IMG/VR virus record: IMGVR_UViG_3300032092_000005
Coordinates: 64,001-128,000 of that record
Reading direction: 5' to 3' (one strand)
Length of the DNA stretch: 64,000 bases
DNA from: a virus
The translations under genes and the position numbers were made by a program. This document shows, one piece after another, positions 58,376-64,000 of this stretch; position 1 is the first letter of the stretch, and the number at the start of each line of letters is the position of its first letter. The notes beneath the pieces were generated by a model that worked only from the letters and a program-made list of their open reading frames with translations, was not told where the DNA came from and ran no database searches.

Positions 58376-59833
58376 ATGAGTGATCAAATTTTCGTAAAGA
58401 AGAAGAATGATGCATATGCGCTATGCATTGCAGAACCTTCTGTTGAACGAGAGATGCATGATTATTTCACGTTCTATGTTCCAGGATACAAATTCATGCC
58501 AGCGTTTAGAAACAAACTCTGGGATGGTAAACTCCGTCTGTATAACATGCAGACAAAAGAAATCTATTACGGACTGATTCCATATATAGCAGCATTTGCA
58601 AAAGAACGTGACTATCCATTTGTCGTAGATGATTCTATTGAACCTGCGGATGACTTTCCTGCTTCTGATGCATTAGAATTTATTGATACTCTAGCAGTTC
58701 CATTTGAAGTGCGCGACTATCAAATCAAAGCATTCACTTACGCTATAAGAAACCGTAGAGCATTGTTGCTATCTCCTACTGCATCGGGCAAGTCGTTAAT
58801 CATCTATTTGATCACTAGATACTTAAACAAAAAAACACTTATCATTGTACCCACAATCTCATTAGTAGCACAGCTATATAAAGATTTCAAAGACTACGGA
58901 TTCGATAGTGATTCTAATATTCACCAAATCATGGGTGGAGCAAGTAAAGACACGGACATGCCAATTGTCATCTCAACATGGCAATCAATCTATAAAATGC
59001 CTCAAGAATGGTTTGAAGAATATGATCTAGTCATAGGAGATGAAGCGCATCTATTCAAAGCAAAATCGCTAGTTTCTATTCTGACTAATCTACCAGACTG
59101 CAAGTATAGATTTGGACTAACAGGCACACTTGATGGTGCGCAGACGCACAAGTTAGTGCTAGAAGGTTTGTTCGGTAGTGTAAAGAAAGTTACTAGCACA
59201 AAAGACTTGATTGACGATGGCAGACTTGCAAGATTTAAAATCAAAGCATTGGTACTTAAATATTCTGAACAGTCATCTAAGGCTTGTAAAGGATTTACAT
59301 ATCAAGAAGAGATAGATTATATTGTCACTAAGCATTCTAGAAATCAATTCATTAAAAACTTAGCAGTAAGCTTAAACGGTAATACTCTATTGTTATATCA
59401 ATTCGTTGACAAACATGGAAAAATACTGTATAATATGATTAAAGATGCTATAGCTGAAGATAGACCAATATTCTTTGTTCACGGAGATGTTGGTGTAGAT
59501 GAACGTGAAGAAGTCAGAAGAATTACTGAGAATGAATCGAATGCAATTATTGTTGCATCATATGGCACATTCTCTACTGGTATCAACATTAAGAATCTAC
59601 ATAATATCATATTTTCTTCACCAAGTAAAAGTAAAATTCGCACTCTTCAATCGATTGGTCGAGTATTGCGTCTTGGTGATAATAAAGAAGAAGCTATTCT
59701 GTTTGATATATCTGACGATATGACATACAAGAGTACTAAGAATTATACTCTGGATCATTTTATGGAAAGAATGAAGATATATAATGATGAAAAATTTGAT
59801 TATAAGATTTACACAATCAATTTAAAGGACTGA
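58376..59833 (+). CDS. uvsW: SF2 DNA helicase
   Basis: F.F.VPG.KFMP....WDGK, SPTASGKS, GDEAH, GLTGT, TFSTGINI, LQSIGR.LR. Confidence 0.96.
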   Translation: MSDQIFVKKKNDAYALCIAEPSVEREMHDYFTFYVPGYKFMPAFRNKLWDGKLRLYNMQTKEIYYGLIPYIAAFAKERDYPFVVDDSIEPADDFPASDALEFIDTLAVPFEVRDYQIKAFTYAIRNRRALLLSPTASGKSLIIYLITRYLNKKTLIIVPTISLVAQLYKDFKDYGFDSDSNIHQIMGGASKDTDMPIVISTWQSIYKMPQEWFEEYDLVIGDEAHLFKAKSLVSILTNLPDCKYRFGLTGTLDGAQTHKLVLEGLFGSVKKVTSTKDLIDDGRLARFKIKALVLKYSEQSSKACKGFTYQEEIDYIVTKHSRNQFIKNLAVSLNGNTLLLYQFVDKHGKILYNMIKDAIAEDRPIFFVHGDVGVDEREEVRRITENESNAIIVASYGTFSTGINIKNLHNIIFSSPSKSKIRTLQSIGRVLRLGDNKEEAILFDISDDMTYKSTKNYTLDHFMERMKIYNDEKFDYKIYTINLKD

Positions 59834-59836
59834 TGA

Positions 59837-60220
59837 ATGCACCAAGAAGAAAAAGAGCAACCATCTTTTGAAATATGTAAAGTATTGAAGTTGACTAATG
59901 GCGAAACTATCGTAGGAATTGTTTCTAAAGAAACGTTTTCCTATGTAGAAGTAACTATGCCATATAAATTAACTACTGTTAGTTTGGGTAATGGAAGATC
60001 ACATTTAGTAGCACAAGAATGGGACAACTCAATCAATGTAGATATTCCTGTGAGAGTATTTAAGACTGCGATTGTTGCAGTTGCGGAACCAAATGAAATA
60101 ATTATGAAAAGCTTTGCTAATTTAACTGATGATACTCCGATTGAAGATTTCAGTGAAGATGCTAAAGAAGAATTCTATGAAGCAATGCTTAAGAACTTTA
60201 ACTCAGATAAGATACAATAA
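59837..60220 (+). CDS. Hypothetical protein between uvsW and gp55 (possible Sm-like fold)
   Basis: KVLKL.NGE.IVG beta-rich N-terminus; usual position in this phage group. Confidence 0.6.
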   Translation: MHQEEKEQPSFEICKVLKLTNGETIVGIVSKETFSYVEVTMPYKLTTVSLGNGRSHLVAQEWDNSINVDIPVRVFKTAIVAVAEPNEIIMKSFANLTDDTPIEDFSEDAKEEFYEAMLKNFNSDKIQ

Positions 60221-60243
60221 GACTTAATCAAAACTGACACCGT

Positions 60244-60273
60244 AGTATAACACTACCAACCACCACTTGTCAA
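60244..60273 (-). promoter_or_regulatory. Sigma70-type promoter in reverse orientation just upstream of gp55
   Basis: Minus strand reads TTGACA-N18-TATACT with extended -10 TGt. Confidence 0.65.
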
Positions 60274-60293
60274 TAGACAAAGAAAGAAATACC

Positions 60294-60893
60294 ATGGCTA
60301 GTACACATTATGTAAACAATGCAGACTTCTTGCAGGAAATGATCATCTATAAGAAGATGGTAAAAGATGCAGAAGCGGAAAACAAAGATCGCCCGAGGGT
60401 TCCAGAGTATATTGGCACCTGCATGTTTAAGATTGCAACACACTTAGCACGTAAGCCAAACTTTGCCAATTACACATTCAAAGAGGACATGATATCTGAT
60501 GGTATTGAAAACTGCCTGTTGTACATTGACAATTTTGATCCTGAGAAGTATAGTAATCCATTTGCATACTTTACTCAGATAATTTACTATGCGTTTCTTA
60601 GAAGAATCCAAAAGGAAAAGAAGCATATGTACATTAGATACAAGAGTATGCAGAATGAAATCATTAATGTATTAGTAGACAATGCGGGTGAAGAATTCGT
60701 ATCGTCACATATGAACGGAATGATCAATGATGCATACAGCGATAATTTCATTAAGGAATTTATCGAAGCATTTGAGACAAACAAAAAGAACAAGGCTCCT
60801 GCACCAAAAAAGAAAGCTGTAAAGGGAGTTATTAAATTTATGGAGAATGAAGAAAATGAGCAACAATCACACACCATTGCCAGTGCAGCTTGA
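60294..60893 (+). CDS. gp55: Late transcription sigma factor
   Basis: HYVNN..F, YIG.C..KIA.HL...PNF..Y.F.EDMI.DGIENC, NPFAYFTQI.YYAFLRRI.KEK; start taken at ATG 60294 instead of TTG 60267. Confidence 0.96.
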   Translation: MASTHYVNNADFLQEMIIYKKMVKDAEAENKDRPRVPEYIGTCMFKIATHLARKPNFANYTFKEDMISDGIENCLLYIDNFDPEKYSNPFAYFTQIIYYAFLRRIQKEKKHMYIRYKSMQNEIINVLVDNAGEEFVSSHMNGMINDAYSDNFIKEFIEAFETNKKNKAPAPKKKAVKGVIKFMENEENEQQSHTIASAA

Positions 60894-61041
60894 GTATTGG
60901 ATTAAAATCGTAGAGAACAAAAGAAGTCCTATGGATTTAAAAGCAAATGCAGTCTTGCATTTACGTTCAGTTCGTGATACAATAAACAATGTCCTTGACG
61001 CACCCACTCCTAACCGCTGGAATACTCCCTATAAAAAATGA
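60856..61041 (+). CDS. Small hypothetical protein
   Basis: GGAG RBS 10 nt before ATG 60856; overlaps the gp55 end and the gp47 start (ATGA). Confidence 0.55.
   Translation: MSNNHTPLPVQLEYWIKIVENKRSPMDLKANAVLHLRSVRDTINNVLDAPTPNRWNTPYKK
60955..60983 (+). promoter_or_regulatory. Sigma70-type promoter for gp47-gp46
   Basis: TTGCAT-N17-TACAAT with extended -10 TGn. Confidence 0.65.
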
Positions 61042-62102
61042 AAATTTGTTTACTTGGCGATACGCACTTTGGAATCAGAAACGATTCCAAAGTCTTTCAT
61101 GAATACTATGAGAAATTTTATGATGAAATTTTCTTTCCATACTTAAAGCAGAATGGCATTGATACCGTCATTCAGCTTGGAGATTTATTCGACAGACGGA
61201 AGTACATCAACTTCCTGTCGCTGACTGAGAGTAGACGTTACTTTTTTGATAAGCTTCGGAATGAAGGCATTCATCTTCATGCATTGATCGGCAACCATGA
61301 TATCTTCTACAAGCATACGTTAGAAGTGAATTCGCCCGAGCTATTGCTTAAGGGCTACGACAACATCACGCTATGGAATAAAGAAGGCACATTAGAACTT
61401 GATGGACTTGCTATCGATATGATTCCGTGGATGTGTAATGACAATGAAAAGCAGATCATGGACTTTATCAATAGCAGCGTGTCGCCTATCTGTCTTGGTC
61501 ACTTTGAACTATTAGGCTTTGAAATGTCTAAGGGCGTAGAAAGTCATGAGGGTGTCAAATCGACATTCCTATCACGGTATGATCACGTATACAGTGGACA
61601 CTATCATACAAAGTCTACAAGTAAAAACGTTAGCTATCTTGGCACACCTTACGAACTATTCTGGAGTGACTACAAAGACATAAAGGGATTCTATGTGCTG
61701 GACACTAAAGATAATTCGGTAGAGTTTGTAGAGAATCCATTGCGCATGTTCTACAAGATTAATTACAATGACGCAGACGGACAAGAACTCAATATCGATT
61801 ACTCAGAATATACAAACACATACGTCAAAGTCGTTGTTATAAACAAGCAGAACCCATTCAAGTTTGACACTATGATGGATGAACTATATAAAGCATTACC
61901 GACTGACATTACTATTGTAGAAGACTTCACAGAGGCTTCATTGAACGGTGATGATGACGAAATTAATCAAGCAGAGGATACTGTCACTATCCTATCAAAC
62001 TTTATTGACCAACAGAATTTGACTAATGTTGATGGAACTAAATTGAAGACACTAATGCGAGAACTCTATGTTGAAGCATTGTCTTCGGAGACAATTGAAT
62101 AA
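61038..62102 (+). CDS. gp47: Recombination endonuclease subunit (Mre11/SbcD-like)
   Basis: DTHFG, GDLFDRRK, GNHD, GHFE, SGHYH metallophosphoesterase motifs. Confidence 0.96.
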   Translation: MKICLLGDTHFGIRNDSKVFHEYYEKFYDEIFFPYLKQNGIDTVIQLGDLFDRRKYINFLSLTESRRYFFDKLRNEGIHLHALIGNHDIFYKHTLEVNSPELLLKGYDNITLWNKEGTLELDGLAIDMIPWMCNDNEKQIMDFINSSVSPICLGHFELLGFEMSKGVESHEGVKSTFLSRYDHVYSGHYHTKSTSKNVSYLGTPYELFWSDYKDIKGFYVLDTKDNSVEFVENPLRMFYKINYNDADGQELNIDYSEYTNTYVKVVVINKQNPFKFDTMMDELYKALPTDITIVEDFTEASLNGDDDEINQAEDTVTILSNFIDQQNLTNVDGTKLKTLMRELYVEALSSETIE

Positions 62103-63814
62103 TGATTATATTTAATAAATTACGTTGGAAAAACTTCATAAGCACAGGCAATGTGTTCACAGAGATTAAACTAGATGATGAAGCATCTACGCTAGTCGTT
62201 GGTGGTAATGGTTCTGGCAAGTCTACCTTTCTAGATGCAATTTGTTTTGCGTTGTTTGGTAAGCCATTCCGCAACATCAACAAAGCACAGCTTATCAACA
62301 CCATCAACCAAAAAGATGCAATCGTTGAAGTTGAGTTTACTACTAGCGGCAAGTCTTATAAGATCGTCCGCGGCATCAAGCCAAATATATTTGAAATCTA
62401 TTGTGACGGCAAGCTAATCACACAAAGCGCAGCAGTAAAAGACTATCAAGAACACTTAGAGAAATTCATCCTCAAATTGAACTACAAGTCGTTTACTCAG
62501 ATTGTGATTTTGGGTAGTGCATCATTTACTCCATTCATGCAGTTAGCAGCAGCCGAACGCAGATCAATCATTGAAGACTTGTTGGACATTCAGATTTTCT
62601 CACGTATGAATTCCGTATTGAAAGATAAAGTTGCAACACTAAAAGATGACTTGAATACTGGTAAGTATAGCATGGACTTGATTAAAGAAAAGATCACTAT
62701 GCAGACAAAGTACATCAACAACATCAAGCAAGACAAGCAGAATCAAATTGATGTTTATAATGAAAACATTAGCGTAGAAGTTGAGAACATAAAAACATAT
62801 GCAGTAGCCGCTACCGCAGTAGCATTGGAGATTAGCGCACTTGAAGAATCTATTGAAGATAAAGAAGCTAATGCCAAGATGATTACAAAGTACAGTGGAT
62901 TAAAAGACAATCTAAACAAAACGGCACTGAAGGTAGATAAAGATATCAAATTCTATACCGAAAACAATGACTGTCCTACATGCAAACAGACATTGACAGA
63001 AACGTTCAAGTCTGATATGATAGATGAACGCAAAGTAAAACTTGCGCAAGTCGTTGAAGGAATGAAAACGTTGTCTGTAAAGAATTCAGAAGTCAATGCG
63101 AGACAAGAAGAAATTATTCAAGTACTGAAAAACATTGCTGCGCAACAAAAATCATTTAACTCAATTCAAAGTCAGATCATTGCTGGTCAAAGATACATCG
63201 AAAAGACAAGAAAAGAAATTGCAGCATTGTCAGCAGAAACTGGCAATATTGAAGTAGAGCAATCAAAATTGACTGGATTAGAAAAGTCTTGCCAAGATCA
63301 TGAAGATGTTATTCGTGACCTGACAGACAAGCGTTCTTATTTTGATGTTGCAGCTACTCTATTGAAAGACACTGGCATCAAGACTAAGATCATTAGACAA
63401 TACATTCCAGTTATCAATAAGCTAGTCAACAAGTACCTTGCGACAATGGACTTTTTTGTGAACTTCAATTTGGACGAATCATTCAAAGAAACAATCAAGT
63501 CGCGCCACCGTGACGAATTTTCTTACGCATCATTCTCTGAAGGTGAAAAGCAACGGATCGACATGGCGCTTATGCTTACATGGCGCGCAGTTGCAAAGAT
63601 GAAGAATTCAGCAAACACAAACATCCTGATTCTGGATGAAGTGTTTGATTCTTCACTAGACACTAATGGTACAGAAGACTTGATGAAAATCTTAGGTATG
63701 TTGGACGATACTAACCTGTTCGTGATATCACACAAGGGCGATATCTTACAAGACAAGTTTAGGAACGTGATTAAGTTTGAGAAGGTGAATAATTTTTCAA
63801 GGATGATAAAATGA
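62102..63814 (+). CDS. gp46: Recombination endonuclease ATPase subunit (Rad50/SbcC-like)
   Basis: G.NGSGKST, CPTC zinc hook, FSEGE signature, ILDEVFDSSLD, VISH. Confidence 0.97.
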   Translation: MIIFNKLRWKNFISTGNVFTEIKLDDEASTLVVGGNGSGKSTFLDAICFALFGKPFRNINKAQLINTINQKDAIVEVEFTTSGKSYKIVRGIKPNIFEIYCDGKLITQSAAVKDYQEHLEKFILKLNYKSFTQIVILGSASFTPFMQLAAAERRSIIEDLLDIQIFSRMNSVLKDKVATLKDDLNTGKYSMDLIKEKITMQTKYINNIKQDKQNQIDVYNENISVEVENIKTYAVAATAVALEISALEESIEDKEANAKMITKYSGLKDNLNKTALKVDKDIKFYTENNDCPTCKQTLTETFKSDMIDERKVKLAQVVEGMKTLSVKNSEVNARQEEIIQVLKNIAAQQKSFNSIQSQIIAGQRYIEKTRKEIAALSAETGNIEVEQSKLTGLEKSCQDHEDVIRDLTDKRSYFDVAATLLKDTGIKTKIIRQYIPVINKLVNKYLATMDFFVNFNLDESFKETIKSRHRDEFSYASFSEGEKQRIDMALMLTWRAVAKMKNSANTNILILDEVFDSSLDTNGTEDLMKILGMLDDTNLFVISHKGDILQDKFRNVIKFEKVNNFSRMIK

Positions 63815-64000
63815 TTGATATCAATGATGTAGGACTAAAGTTAGTTGAAGAGACTAGCAGCATATTAACACAGGTCAGTGGTGATTTTGATTTCCAGAAT
63901 CCACTGATGGATCCTAAAGAACTTGCACAGAAGTTGCATTTTCATATGGTCAAGAATGATGGTCTTGGTATTTCAGCATGTCAGATTGGCATACCGCTAA
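63811..64000 (+). CDS. def: Peptide deformylase, 3'-truncated by the window edge
   Basis: Hand translation MIDINDVGLKLVEETSSIL...HMVKNDGLGISACQIGIPL matches PDF motif 1 (GxGxAAxQ); ATGA overlap with gp46. Confidence 0.8.
   Translation, partial: MIDINDVGLKLVEETSSILTQVSGDFDFQNPLMDPKELAQKLHFHMVKNDGLGISACQIGIPL

Noticed and set aside
1-64000. tRNA/rRNA genes and stop-codon reassignment
   Set aside because: Intergenic gaps are short with no cloverleaf seen; core genes translate full length in the standard code

Overview
The window is a fragment of a large T4-like myovirus genome (AT-rich, TATAAATA late promoters, cyanophage/pelagiphage-like gene order) and contains nearly the whole morphogenesis module. 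Order: gp59-gp32; a minus-strand block (2174-aa tape-measure/hub protein, gp51, gp26, gp54-like, gp2, gp4); then gp48, gp53, a hub protein, a P-loop kinase, gp5, an Hc1-like protein, gp25, gp6, gp7, gp8, a VrlC-like protein, a 2782-aa repeat fibre, three paralogous spike/fibre proteins, gp13-gp18, two tandem gp19 genes, gp20, gp67, gp21-gp23, gp3, uvsY, uvsW, gp55, gp47, gp46 and the start of a peptide deformylase. The best candidate for an undescribed system is the central spike gp5. It has no lysozyme and no adjacent PAAR gene, and ends in PPPPRGGGGGG|C followed by a Hint domain. That domain keeps the N-terminal autoprocessing residues, lacks the terminal His-Asn, and carries a ~94-aa helical tail, a layout like Hedgehog Hint plus adduct-recognition region. 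An unannotated 58-aa ORF and a consensus antisense sigma70 promoter follow it. Other notable signals: a second reverse promoter directly upstream of the late sigma factor gp55, a kinase with a capsid-targeting-like N-terminus, a chimeric lysozyme-bearing tape measure with recent tandem repeats, and dense Asn-X-Thr/Ser motifs in virion-surface proteins. All assignments come from motif recognition and synteny by eye; no searches were run.
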